Assembly: GCA_910576205.1 (NCBI GenBank)
Contig: CAJTHL010000010.1
Location: 72,900 to 136,899, forward strand
DNA: 64,000 bases
Reading direction: 5' to 3'
Origin: Clostridia bacterium
Lineage (GTDB): Bacteria; Bacillota; Clostridia; Lachnospirales; Lachnospiraceae
Part shown: positions 1 to 9,607 of the stretch, piece after piece
How positions within the stretch are numbered: position 1 is the first letter of the stretch
Layout of the letters: each line of letters starts with the position of its first letter
Notes under the pieces: model-generated
What the model was told of the DNA's origin: nothing
The model's input: the letters and a program-made list of their open reading frames with translations, nothing else
The model's database searches: none
Program-made: the position numbers and the translations under genes

Positions 1-403
1 AATTATAGTAGGCGTTTCCCCTGCTGTCAAACAGATACAGACCCTGGATATCATTGCATAGCAGATGGGTCTGCATCAGTTTATCCTGTAGCGCAACCTG
101 TTGTGACAGCGTGATATCCCCGTCCCTGCGCCCGCTCTCATCCAGAATGGAAAGTACCTTCTGATCCACGGTAATATTTATGAGAAGGGACTGGATCTGA
201 CTGATGTTCTCGTCAATATTGAGACTGATCTGCCATACCAGCTTCGAGAGAAGCTCCCCGGCCAGAATCCTGGAGGTATTCCGGGTAATGACAAACATGC
301 CGAAAACCGTAACCAGAATCAGGGAAACCGAACAGAGAATCCCGGCCAGCAGAACATGAATCCTGAATCCTTTATTTATAATGCTTTCAACAAACTCTCT
401 CAT
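1..403 (-). CDS. sensor histidine kinase, N-terminal part (YesM-like); gene runs off window start
   Basis: Manual translation of minus strand from ATG at 403: MREFVESIINKGFRIHVLLAGILCSVSLILVTVFGMFVITRNTSRILAGEL... TM helix then extracytoplasmic sensor region. Typical partner of a sugar ABC transporter. Stop of upstream permease at 430. Confidence 0.5.
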   Translation of the reverse strand, partial: MREFVESIINKGFRIHVLLAGILCSVSLILVTVFGMFVITRNTSRILAGELLSKLVWQISLNIDENISQIQSLLINITVDQKVLSILDESGRRDGDITLSQQVALQDKLMQTHLLCNDIQGLYLFDSRGNAYYN

Positions 404-429
404 CCACAGTTTCGCCACCTTTTCTTTGC

Positions 430-1275
430 TCAGCCCTTAACGGCCCCCGCCACCATACCTTTGATGAAATACTTCTGGCAGGCCAGAAATACAGCCAGAA
501 GCGGAAGCATCGCCCCAATGGAGCCCGCAAAAACCATGGTCCAGTTTGTAGTATAAAACGCTCCCACAAAATTATACAATGTCACAATCAAGGTCTGAGC
601 GCTGTTTCCCAGAAACAGAAGCGGGGTGAGAAGATCGTTCCAGATGCCAACCAGGCAGAAAATCATTACCGTGGTCAGAGGAGCCTTTATGAGTGGCAGG
701 ATAATGTGGAAAAATGTATAAGCAGGAGTGGCGCCGTCAATAAGAGCCGCCTCGTCCAGTTCTCCCGGAATGGTTTTCATAAAGCCTGTGAGAATCACAA
801 TGGCAATGGGCATAAAGCCCGCCGTATAGATACAGATCACACTCCAGTGGGTTCTCATTATCCCAAGGGTATGGATCAGTTTGTAGAGGGGAAGCATCGT
901 AAGCTGGAAGGGAATCATCATCCCCGCCAGAAAAAACAGGTACAGCCTGGAATAAACCGCTCCTTTCCGCCTTCCCAGCGTATAGGACGCCAGGGAGGCA
1001 GACAGAAGGATCAGCAGAATCGAGACAACGGAGATAAACAGGCTGTTGCAAAGCGCCGGAAAAAATTTCATTTTTTCCATAGCCTCTGCAATATTGCCCC
1101 ATTGAATCTCTGCTGGCAGGCCAAACCGGTTTCTTGCAAATTCCTCCTTGGATTTCAGCGCAATCGAGAAAAGAAGATATAAGGGGGAAAGATAAACCAC
1201 CAGCAGCAGCGCCATGCCGGCGGTCTTTAAGACAGCCGCCGCGCCAGCCCTCTTTTTTCCTGTCTGCCCTCTCAA
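430..1275 (-). CDS. carbohydrate ABC transporter permease (MalG/BPD-type)
   Basis: 281 aa, 6 TM. EAA loop 'LDEAALIDGATPAYTFFHIILP'. 4-nt overlap with upstream permease. Confidence 0.85.
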   Translation of the reverse strand: MRGQTGKKRAGAAAVLKTAGMALLLVVYLSPLYLLFSIALKSKEEFARNRFGLPAEIQWGNIAEAMEKMKFFPALCNSLFISVVSILLILLSASLASYTLGRRKGAVYSRLYLFFLAGMMIPFQLTMLPLYKLIHTLGIMRTHWSVICIYTAGFMPIAIVILTGFMKTIPGELDEAALIDGATPAYTFFHIILPLIKAPLTTVMIFCLVGIWNDLLTPLLFLGNSAQTLIVTLYNFVGAFYTTNWTMVFAGSIGAMLPLLAVFLACQKYFIKGMVAGAVKG

Positions 1276-2183
1276 ATTTCCACCTCCCTCTTATCAAAAA
1301 ACCAGTTTGTCACAACCGTTATCAACATAATCATCAGGAACAAAACCACGCCGATAGCGCAGCCATACCCGTAATCCGAATAGTCGAACGCCTCCCGGAA
1401 AATTTTGGTCGCAATAACCTCCGTGGCATAGCCCGGCCCTCCCTGGGTCATGGTATACACAAGATCAAACTGTTTCAACGCGCCGATCATACACAAAATC
1501 ATATTGATCTTAAAGGCCGGCGCCAGCATGGGCAGCGTGATATTCTTAAGCTTCTGGAAGGGCCTGGCCCCGTCGATTTCCGCCGCCTCATAAATGTCGG
1601 AGGGAATACTCTGAAGGCCGGACACATAGATGACCATGCGGTAAGACATCCACTGCCAGATCCCTGTCAGAATCACAAAATAAATGGCAATGCCGGAATC
1701 CCCGATAAAATCCACCGGCCCCATATGGAGCTTTTCCAGAAAGAGATTGAGTACCCCTTTGTTGTAGCCATAAATGTAGGTCCAGATATAGGATACCACA
1801 ATGGAAGGCAGGACAACCGGCACAAAGAACAGCCCCCGCATGATATTTCTTCCCCGAAGCTTTGTTTCCAGCAGAAGCGCCGTACCCAGGCCCAGCACAT
1901 TCTGCAGCACAACATCCATCAGCACAAACAGGAACGTATTGGAAAGGGCTTTTCTAAAGCCGGGATCCTTAAACATATAAATATAGTTTCCAAACCCAAT
2001 CACTCTCACATTAGCCGAAAAGCCGTCCCAGTTTGTCAGACTGTAATAAAAAGATGAAAACATGGGATAGATAGAAAAAACAACATAAACCAGCAGGGCT
2101 GGCAGCAGAAAGAGCAGGTAAGAGCTCTCTCTGCGCCAAAACGACTTATTTATTTGCCTTTTCCGTTGCCATATCCATATCAT
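1272..2183 (-). CDS. carbohydrate ABC transporter permease (MalF-type)
   Basis: 303 aa. EAA motif 'YEAAEIDGARPFQKLKNITLPMLAPAF'; multiple TM segments. Confidence 0.85.
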   Translation of the reverse strand: MIWIWQRKRQINKSFWRRESSYLLFLLPALLVYVVFSIYPMFSSFYYSLTNWDGFSANVRVIGFGNYIYMFKDPGFRKALSNTFLFVLMDVVLQNVLGLGTALLLETKLRGRNIMRGLFFVPVVLPSIVVSYIWTYIYGYNKGVLNLFLEKLHMGPVDFIGDSGIAIYFVILTGIWQWMSYRMVIYVSGLQSIPSDIYEAAEIDGARPFQKLKNITLPMLAPAFKINMILCMIGALKQFDLVYTMTQGGPGYATEVIATKIFREAFDYSDYGYGCAIGVVLFLMIMLITVVTNWFFDKREVEI

Positions 2184-3438
2184 TCAGCACCTCCACAGGG
2201 GTCTTGTCTCCGCCAATCATCTCCTGAATGCTGGAAAACATAACTGCCTGGACCCCGCTTGCAAAATTTGCGTCGTCAAAGGGATATCCCGGAAGGCCTG
2301 CAGCAGCGTCCATGGTCTCTGCCAGCGCGTCGCTCACTCCGGACTCAATATCGCTAAAACAGGTGATCTGCGAACTTGCGTAGGTTTCCAGAGCCTCCTT
2401 GGACAGTATATAGGCCAGAAGATCTTTTGCCGCCTCCACATTCTCTGAATCAGCGGAAACGCCCCATCCACCTGTGATGCTGACTGCAAAGCCCGTGGAG
2501 CCTCCCTCGGCGGGAATGGGGAATCCGCCCACTTCAAAATCGGGATTCAGCGCAAAGATACTGGCGTCTCCCCAGGTTCCCGTAAAGGTCATGGCCGCCT
2601 CCTTGTTAATAAACGCCTCGTACATCTGCTCCGACGTCATGCCAAGAGAGCCCTCGTTCATATAACCCTTCTTAATCATATCGTCGTATTTTGTCAGTGT
2701 ATCCAGCCACCCGGCATTGTCGGAAAACTTATTGATTCCGTCCGCCGTCCCCTCATAAAAAGACGGATCCGCCGCCTGGACCGCGCTTGCGTTCAGACTG
2801 TATGTAAGCATCTGTGTAACCCAGGTATCCTTGTGTCCCTGAACAACGGGTGTAATTCCGGCCGCCTTTAACACCTCGCAGCAGTTTATCAGCTCTTCCC
2901 AGGTAGCCGGAGCCGTAAGATTGTACTGGGCAAACATATCCTTATTATAGTAAGCCAGCAGAAACTGTTGCAGATATGGAATTCCGATGATTCCCCCGTC
3001 ATCTGCCACAAAGCTGGAAATGGCGCCCTCATTCAGACGGTCAAGGATCTCTGTCATATCCCTCAGATCTTCCAGATATCCGTTTTCATAGTAAGAAAAA
3101 TAATCTGCCGCCGAAAAAACGGGAAGGATATCCGGGGCGTCATTGGACGCCAGCTTCGTCTTAATAATGGTTTTATAGCTCTCTGTGTCCATGATCTGTA
3201 CATCCACCTTTACATTGGGATGCTGGTCACAATAGTCGTCTATTGCCCCTTGAAAAAATTCATTTCCGGTAATAAGAATAATAGAAAGAGAAATCTCCTC
3301 ATTTCCAGAGGCCTCTTTCCCGTCTGTGACGTCTGGTGCAGACTGTCCTCCCGCCTCTCCTTTTGTTTCCTTTGCCCCACATGCCGTCAGTGACAACACC
3401 ATCATAAATCCCAACAACCATGCAACCGCTTTTTTCAT
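2146..3438 (-). CDS. ABC transporter extracellular solute-binding lipoprotein (sugar family 1)
   Basis: 430 aa. Lipoprotein signal 'MKKAVAWLLGFMMVLSLTACGAK'. RBS aggtgaagg upstream. Confidence 0.85.
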   Translation of the reverse strand: MKKAVAWLLGFMMVLSLTACGAKETKGEAGGQSAPDVTDGKEASGNEEISLSIILITGNEFFQGAIDDYCDQHPNVKVDVQIMDTESYKTIIKTKLASNDAPDILPVFSAADYFSYYENGYLEDLRDMTEILDRLNEGAISSFVADDGGIIGIPYLQQFLLAYYNKDMFAQYNLTAPATWEELINCCEVLKAAGITPVVQGHKDTWVTQMLTYSLNASAVQAADPSFYEGTADGINKFSDNAGWLDTLTKYDDMIKKGYMNEGSLGMTSEQMYEAFINKEAAMTFTGTWGDASIFALNPDFEVGGFPIPAEGGSTGFAVSITGGWGVSADSENVEAAKDLLAYILSKEALETYASSQITCFSDIESGVSDALAETMDAAAGLPGYPFDDANFASGVQAVMFSSIQEMIGGDKTPVEVLNDMDMATEKANK

Positions 3439-3726
3439 TTTCCTTCACCTCTTTCGCTTTATTACACAAATAATTCTCTGTGTTGCTTATTATTATAGCA
3501 ATTCTGCACATACCGAAAAAGGCTGTCTGTCTTAGAATTATATCCGGATTATTATACCTCCCGAATAGAGCTCTGTCCGGCGTCCTTTATCTTCCAGGGT
3601 GGCTCTGGCGGAAAACGGAATTGTTATTGTTATGTAAACTTTTTTCCTTTTACCCCTATATAAAAACCACTGTAAGCCTGGTATAGCACGTGGGCCCACA
3701 GCGGTTACTCTTTTACGTCATTCAGC

Positions 3727-4524
3727 TTATAAAATGCCGATTGCTTCTTTCTTCCTTCTCACATAATCCCTCACATGGGAAGCGCTCCCCTTACCATATC
3801 TCTGGCAGAGCTCTACAACCCCCGTTCCCGCCATGACGCCGTCCGCCAGCCTGGCCAGGGAATCTGCCTCCGACCGGGGAAAGCTTCCGGTGTCTATAAC
3901 ACAGGGGATCTCTCTTTCCTGTCTTATCTGTCTTACCAGGACTTCCATGCCTTCTGTACGCCGGACGCCCGGGGCCGGCACACAGTATACAAACCCTTCC
4001 GCCGCCTGCACAATGCCGGAAATGCGTTCCCCTGGGGCAGGGGCAGCCTGCAAAATGAAGGCTATCCCGTTTTCCCGGCAGGGCAGCGCAAACTCTTCCC
4101 GCTCCTCAAAGGGCACGTCGGGCAGAATCAGCGCGTCCACGCCGGCCCCGGCGGCTCTTCTGATAAAAGCCCGGATTCCTCCCGGCTGTTCTTCGCCGGC
4201 CCCCTTTTGCCTGTAAGAAAATACCACGTTGGCGTAAGTCATAAACGCCAGGGGAATCACCGTGTGTCTCCGTATCCGCTCCACCATGGCAAATATCCCG
4301 TCTGTGGTTGCGCCGCCTGTCAGGGCCCGCGCATTTGCGGCCTGGATCACCGGCCCCTCCGCCGTGGGATCCGAAAAGGGAATTCCCAACACAATCAGAT
4401 CCGCCTGCGCCTCCGCCATGGCATACACCATTTCTTCCGTCGCCTCCAGGGAAGGATCCCCGCAGGTGATAAACGGAAGAAATGCCTTTCCATTTTCAAA
4501 TACACTCCTAATCCTGTTACTCAT
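3727..4524 (-). CDS. trpA: tryptophan synthase alpha subunit
   Basis: [31 protein letters not shown]... matches TrpA. Start chosen at MSNRI with RBS GGGGAGGA; 8-nt overlap with trpB. Confidence 0.85.
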   Translation of the reverse strand: MSNRIRSVFENGKAFLPFITCGDPSLEATEEMVYAMAEAQADLIVLGIPFSDPTAEGPVIQAANARALTGGATTDGIFAMVERIRRHTVIPLAFMTYANVVFSYRQKGAGEEQPGGIRAFIRRAAGAGVDALILPDVPFEEREEFALPCRENGIAFILQAAPAPGERISGIVQAAEGFVYCVPAPGVRRTEGMEVLVRQIRQEREIPCVIDTGSFPRSEADSLARLADGVMAGTGVVELCQRYGKGSASHVRDYVRRKKEAIGIL

Positions 4525-5701
4525 AGATATCCTCCCCTCTGTAGCGGGCAATGGCCGCACAATCCTTGTCTCCCCGGCCGGATATGGTAATCACCAGAAT
4601 CTGCTCCCTGCCCATGGAGGGCGCCAGCTTTCTGGCATAGGCCACGGCGTGGGCGCTCTCGATGGCCGGGATAATGCCCTCTGTCCGGGACAGATATTCA
4701 AAGGCATCCACAGCCTCCTCATCCGTCACCGGCACATACTCCGCCCTACCCGTATCGTAAAGCCAGGCGTGCTCCGGCCCCACCCCCGGATAATCCAGGC
4801 CTGCGGAAATGGAGTATACCGGCGCGATCTGCCCGTCGTCGTCCTGGCAGAAATAGGATTTCATCCCATGGAAAATCCCCAGACGCCCGGTGGAGATGGT
4901 GGCTGCCGTCTCAGCCGTATCAATGCCCCGCCCTGCGGCCTCACAGCCGATTAAGCGCACTCCGGGATCCTCTATAAAATGGTAGAAGGTTCCCATGGCA
5001 TTGGAGCCGCCCCCCACGCAGGCCAGCACCGCGTCGGGAAGCCGCCCTTCCTTTTCCAGAATCTGCTCTTTGATCTCCCTGGAAATCACAGACTGGAAAT
5101 CACGGACAATGGTGGGAAAGGGGTGGGGGCCCATAACGGAACCCAGTACATAGTGGGTGTCCGAGATCCGGTTACTCCACTCCCGCATGGTTTCCGACAC
5201 TGCGTCCTTCAAGGTGGCTGTGCCGGAGGTCACCCCATGAACCTTCGCCCCCAGAAGCCGCATGCGGTATACGTTCAGCGCCTGGCGCTTTATATCCTCC
5301 TCCCCCATAAAGATCTCGCACTCCATGCCCATCAGGGCCGCCGCCGTGGCTGTGGCCACCCCGTGCTGCCCGGCTCCTGTCTCGGCAATCACCCGGGTCT
5401 TGCCCATTTTTTTTGCCAGCAGCGCCTGCCCCAGCACATTGTTAATCTTGTGGGAGCCCGTGTGGTTTAAATCCTCCCGCTTCAGATAGATCTTCGGCCC
5501 TTTTAAATCCCTGGTCATATGGGCCGCGTAGTACAGACGGGAAGGCCTTCCCGTATACTCCCGGAACAGTTCTGTCAGCTCCCGGTTAAACCCTTCCTCC
5601 TCTTTATAGTGGTTGTAGGCCTCCTCCAGCTCCAGCACTGCATTCATCAGTGTTTCCGGAATATACTGGCCTCCGTGAATCCCAAATCTTCCCTTTGACA
5701 T
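4517..5701 (-). CDS. trpB: tryptophan synthase beta subunit
   Basis: [29 protein letters not shown]...HTGSHKINN (PLP lysine motif). Start at MSKGRF with RBS GGAGAGAGGAGAG. ORF-track start 5770 is likely too far upstream. Confidence 0.9.
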   Translation of the reverse strand: MSKGRFGIHGGQYIPETLMNAVLELEEAYNHYKEEEGFNRELTELFREYTGRPSRLYYAAHMTRDLKGPKIYLKREDLNHTGSHKINNVLGQALLAKKMGKTRVIAETGAGQHGVATATAAALMGMECEIFMGEEDIKRQALNVYRMRLLGAKVHGVTSGTATLKDAVSETMREWSNRISDTHYVLGSVMGPHPFPTIVRDFQSVISREIKEQILEKEGRLPDAVLACVGGGSNAMGTFYHFIEDPGVRLIGCEAAGRGIDTAETAATISTGRLGIFHGMKSYFCQDDDGQIAPVYSISAGLDYPGVGPEHAWLYDTGRAEYVPVTDEEAVDAFEYLSRTEGIIPAIESAHAVAYARKLAPSMGREQILVITISGRGDKDCAAIARYRGEDIYE

Positions 5702-5771
5702 GCTTCTCTCCTCTCTCCTGTCCCTGCCCCGGGCGTCCTGTCTTTGCAAACTGCCCTGGGGGCCTGGCACA

Positions 5772-6075
5772 CAAAAAACGCCCTTGACAGAATTTCTTAT
5801 CTGTCAAGGACGAGTATATTTCTAACCCGCGGTGCCACCTTGCTTCATGGTCTGATCCATGCCCTTAGCGGAATACCTGCATATTCCCGGCAACTGACGT
5901 ATGCCTCACGTCGCAGAATACTCGGCCCGGCTTCCAGGCAAAATCCGGCCTTTGACTGCGCCCTCCGCGGCCCATTTGGCAGCCTGCTGTCCGACCCGGC
6001 TCTCACCTGCCCGGGCTCTCTGTGCGCGCACAACTGCTTTTATCTCCGCTTCAACGGTTTTCGTTCTCAGATTTC
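5772..6075 (-). promoter_or_regulatory. T-box riboswitch leader (tRNA-Trp responsive) with intrinsic terminator, upstream of trpBA
   Basis: Minus strand: promoter TTGACA-17-TAGATT (6080-6108). T-box sequence 'AAGGTGGCACCGCGGG' (rc of 5825-5839). Candidate specifier UGG followed by A ('ttttgccTGGaag'). Terminator hairpin ccttgacag/ctgtcaagg (5781-5809) followed by U-run. UGGC bulge fits discriminator G of tRNA-Trp. Confidence 0.6.
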
Positions 6076-6170
6076 TTTAAATCTATCACATTCCCGAAGA
6101 TTTGTCAATGAGGGAAATGGAGCCGTATACGTGGAGCTGTTATGGTAAGGCCGCAGGGTTTGCCATGGTT

Positions 6171-7364
6171 TCACGAGCCGGCATGCTTCATGGCTTCAAT
6201 CTTCGCCATGGGATCGTATTTCTCGATCTCCTCCACCACCATGTCCCGCAGATAATCCGTAATGGGCAGGGACTGGGGACAGACCTTCTCGCATTTTTTA
6301 CAGCCCACGCAGGCGGAGGCCGGGCCGTGGCCCTGTTCGATGAGGGCACCGTAGAACATGGCCTGGGTCAGTACGTCATTGGGGGTACTGCTCTTCTCCA
6401 GCCGCTTCATATCGTTGTACAGGGCAAAATAGTCGGGAATCGCGATCTTCTTCGGGCAGGCGGTCTCGCAGTATCTGCACACGGTACAGGGAATCGGCGT
6501 GTTGGCATTGATGATCTCCACAACCTGGTCAATAACCTTGTATTCCTCCTGGCTCAAAGGCTTGAAATCCTCAAAAACGCTTATATTATCTTCCAGGAAT
6601 TCCATCTTAGGCATACCCGACAGCACTACCCGGACACCGGGAAGGCTGCCTACAAAACGGTAGGCCCAGGACGCAATGGAAGCCTCCGGATTGAATTCCC
6701 GCATAATTTTCTTGGCCTCCTCCGGAATTTCGGCCAGGGTGCCGCCCTTGCAGGCCTCCATAACAACCACAGGTTTCCCGTGCTTCATGGCCACCTCATA
6801 GGATTCCTTTGCGCGGATAGCGGGATTGACCCAGTCTATATAGTTGATCTGCAGCATGACAAAATCAATCTCCGGATGCTCCGTCAGCACTTTATCCAGA
6901 AATTCCGGGGAATCGTGGAAGGATACGCCAAACTCGCGGAATTTCCCCGCCGCCCTCTTCTGCTTCAAAAACTCAAAGGTACCCCATTCCTCACACCTGG
7001 CATAGGTGTCTTTGCTGACACAGTGAATCAGATAAAAATCAAAGTGATCCACATGGCATTTCTTAAGCTGTTCCGCGAAAATGCTCTCCATCTCATCACC
7101 GCTTCGCATCTGCTTAATGGGCATTTTTGTGGAGAGGAAGAAGGAATCCCTGGGGTAGCGGTCTACCACAGCCTCCCCAATGGCCCCCTCCGACAGCTCT
7201 CCGTGGTAAATATACGCGGTGTCAAAATATTTAAAGCCGTTGGCCATATAGACGTCCACAATCTTTTTCAACGTCTCCATATCGATAGACATGGGATTGT
7301 GGGGATCCAGCACCGGAAGCCTGAGGCCCCCAAGGCCCATACGTTTTCCAAAATCAATCGCCAT
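6171..7364 (-). CDS. aldo/keto reductase fused to C-terminal 2x[4Fe-4S] ferredoxin domain
   Basis: Start at MAIDFGKRMGLGGLRLPVLDP (RBS GGAGG). AKR fold 'DTAYIYHGELSEGAIGEAV'. C-terminal CTVCRYCETACP and CVGCKKCEKVCP motifs. Confidence 0.8.
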   Translation of the reverse strand: MAIDFGKRMGLGGLRLPVLDPHNPMSIDMETLKKIVDVYMANGFKYFDTAYIYHGELSEGAIGEAVVDRYPRDSFFLSTKMPIKQMRSGDEMESIFAEQLKKCHVDHFDFYLIHCVSKDTYARCEEWGTFEFLKQKRAAGKFREFGVSFHDSPEFLDKVLTEHPEIDFVMLQINYIDWVNPAIRAKESYEVAMKHGKPVVVMEACKGGTLAEIPEEAKKIMREFNPEASIASWAYRFVGSLPGVRVVLSGMPKMEFLEDNISVFEDFKPLSQEEYKVIDQVVEIINANTPIPCTVCRYCETACPKKIAIPDYFALYNDMKRLEKSSTPNDVLTQAMFYGALIEQGHGPASACVGCKKCEKVCPQSLPITDYLRDMVVEEIEKYDPMAKIEAMKHAGS

Positions 7365-7414
7365 ATAAAAGTAAACCTCCTTGTCAGATACGGTTACCGC
7401 TGTGGATCCGCGGT

Positions 7415-8224
7415 TTATGTCAGATTTTTCAGGATAAAGGACTGGCCGTGGGCGTAGATATAGCCCATTCCGCCCGCCACATACATGCAAAGGCCCGTAA
7501 CGTAAGAGGACAGCTCAGAGGCGAAGAACAGGGCCGGGCCCGCCACGTCCTCGGGAGTACCCATACGCGCCAGAGGAACCTCCGTGCCGGCAATACCGGA
7601 AAACAGAGCCTGACGCTTGTTGCCTTCGGGATCCAGCTCATCCCAGAAGGGCGTCATAATGGGGCCTGGTTTGATGCAGTTCACACGGATACCAAGGGGC
7701 GCGCATTCCATGGCCAGGTTAACCGTCAGGGACTCGCAGGCAGCCTTTGCCATATGATAAGAATACGCAGGCGTGGTGGGGTTAAAAGCTCCGTTGGAGG
7801 AGCAGAGGATTACCTTGCCGCTTTTGCGCTCCTTCATGTGGGGAATCACCTTGAATACCAGGTTGTAGGTGCCGTCCATATTGACGGTCATGGTTTTGCG
7901 GTAAGCCGTGTCGGGATCCAGACCGGCGCCGTCAAAGGTCTGGCCTGCAAACACGCTTAAGATATCGATCTGGCCAAATTCCGCCAGAGTCTGATCCACC
8001 ATAGCGTCAATATCCTCTTTTCTGGAGATATCCATGGAGCCGTAATAGCGGGCGACGCCGCCGGCCGCAGTGATCTCCTCCGCAATGCGTTTCCCCTTTT
8101 TCTCACTGCGCCCGCCAATGATAACGGCCGCCCCTTCCTGGGCATACAGCCTGGCTACGGCCTCTCCCATGCCGCTGGTCGCTCCGGCAACGATTGCAAT
8201 CTGGTCTTTTAACATTTTTTCCAT
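7415..8224 (-). CDS. SDR family oxidoreductase
   Basis: 269 aa. 'IAIVAGATSGMGEAVARLYAQEGAAV' Rossmann TGxxxG motif; YxxxK region present. Confidence 0.8.
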   Translation of the reverse strand: MEKMLKDQIAIVAGATSGMGEAVARLYAQEGAAVIIGGRSEKKGKRIAEEITAAGGVARYYGSMDISRKEDIDAMVDQTLAEFGQIDILSVFAGQTFDGAGLDPDTAYRKTMTVNMDGTYNLVFKVIPHMKERKSGKVILCSSNGAFNPTTPAYSYHMAKAACESLTVNLAMECAPLGIRVNCIKPGPIMTPFWDELDPEGNKRQALFSGIAGTEVPLARMGTPEDVAGPALFFASELSSYVTGLCMYVAGGMGYIYAHGQSFILKNLT

Positions 8225-8270
8225 ACAAAATCATCCTTTCTATTTTTAGTGCCACCCCCATAGGGGATAT

Positions 8271-9467
8271 TTATTTTCCAGCCCTGACGCTTACGTTGGG
8301 CAGAATCACGAAGATGACAGCCAGGATTACCCCGCAGAAGCTGGCGATGAGAAATGCGGCGTCGTTGATTCCTCCGGCCAGGGGCGTGATGACATAGGAG
8401 GGAATTAAAAACGCGCCTCCCATCATGACCGTGGTGATAAGGCCGCCGGCCGCGCCGATCTGGGCAGGGCCGATCTCGGGCAGAATCGTGGGCAGGGACA
8501 TCAAGGTTGGCAAAAGGCCTCCTATGGCAATGCCGCAGACGGCAATCCACACATTCCGCAATCCGTCCGCCTGGGCGTTCCATGCCAGGTACAGGCTTAA
8601 AGCCGCCAGCACAGACAGCACGGAGCAGGTAATCTTTGTATTAAAGAGCCTGCCGATTACGCCTGGCATCCCGATGCTGGCCGCCAGGGCCACCAGGGAA
8701 TAGATAATCACCGTCATACCGGCTGCCTCCTCACTTACGCCTCTTGCCACCAGACCAGGACTTAGCAGAGCGGAAACCGTAATATTCACTCCCATATAGG
8801 CAGCCGCGCCGGCCGCCGCCAGCCACATCCTGGGACTTTTCAGCACATCCCCCATTTTCACGGCCGGCGCTTCACCTCCGGACAGCGAAGGCTCCGGGGT
8901 TTTCTGCTCCTTCACAAACAGCAGCCAGAGCAAGGTGAGCACGGCAAAGACCACGCCTCCATAAAGAAAAGCTATATTGACGTCGGCGGACAGCTTTTTG
9001 CCCACAAACATGGCCAGCACGGTCCCGCCGTTGCCTGCCGCCAGAATAGCTCCGATAGCAATTCCCACCTCCTGGGGCGGAAACCAGGAGCTCATAAACT
9101 TGGCGTTGTTTGCCCCCAGCACCACGCCCCCTACGCCCATGAGCACTGTCACCAGCAATAGCAGAATATAATTCGGCGCAAAAGCCCGGCACAGGGCCCC
9201 AACGGTGGTAAAAATCAGAGACACCAGCACCACCCGTTTCACACCCATTTTGTCGGCCAGAGAGCCGGCCGCAAAACTGAGAAACACGCCCACCAGCATG
9301 GGCGCAGTGGCAATCGTCGCATACTGCTGCTCTGTCAGTGACAGCTTCTGCATCAGGTCTCCCGCGTAAGGCGTCGCCTGGAACTGGCAGAATGCCATCA
9401 TAAAACAGGGCAAAAATGTCAGCAGAAGAATGATCCAGCGATATGCCGGCGCTTTTTGTTGCGTCAT
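8271..9467 (-). CDS. MFS transporter
   Basis: 12 predicted TM helices. Start chosen at MTQQKAPAYRWIILLL (RBS GGGGGAAC). Confidence 0.75.
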   Translation of the reverse strand: MTQQKAPAYRWIILLLTFLPCFMMAFCQFQATPYAGDLMQKLSLTEQQYATIATAPMLVGVFLSFAAGSLADKMGVKRVVLVSLIFTTVGALCRAFAPNYILLLLVTVLMGVGGVVLGANNAKFMSSWFPPQEVGIAIGAILAAGNGGTVLAMFVGKKLSADVNIAFLYGGVVFAVLTLLWLLFVKEQKTPEPSLSGGEAPAVKMGDVLKSPRMWLAAAGAAAYMGVNITVSALLSPGLVARGVSEEAAGMTVIIYSLVALAASIGMPGVIGRLFNTKITCSVLSVLAALSLYLAWNAQADGLRNVWIAVCGIAIGGLLPTLMSLPTILPEIGPAQIGAAGGLITTVMMGGAFLIPSYVITPLAGGINDAAFLIASFCGVILAVIFVILPNVSVRAGK

Positions 9468-9607
9468 TGTCTGTTCCCCCCTTACCAAATACATAAAATT
9501 AGCAGATACTTCCATACAAAAAGTATATAACCTTGTCATTCTTTATGAAAATGCCACAAAACACTTGTTTTTTATGGGGATTTCCGATACAATTTGTAGT
9601 ATAGAAA

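Noticed and set aside
3439-3726. Possible terminator/riboswitch between trpA and ABC-transporter SBP gene
   Set aside because: Only a GTGGGCCCAC palindrome and promoter-like AT-rich stretches were seen; no convincing structured element found by eye.
6102-7457. 451-aa plus-strand ORF
   Set aside because: Lies entirely antisense to the well-supported AKR/ferredoxin gene; no RBS or recognisable motifs; typical high-GC shadow ORF.
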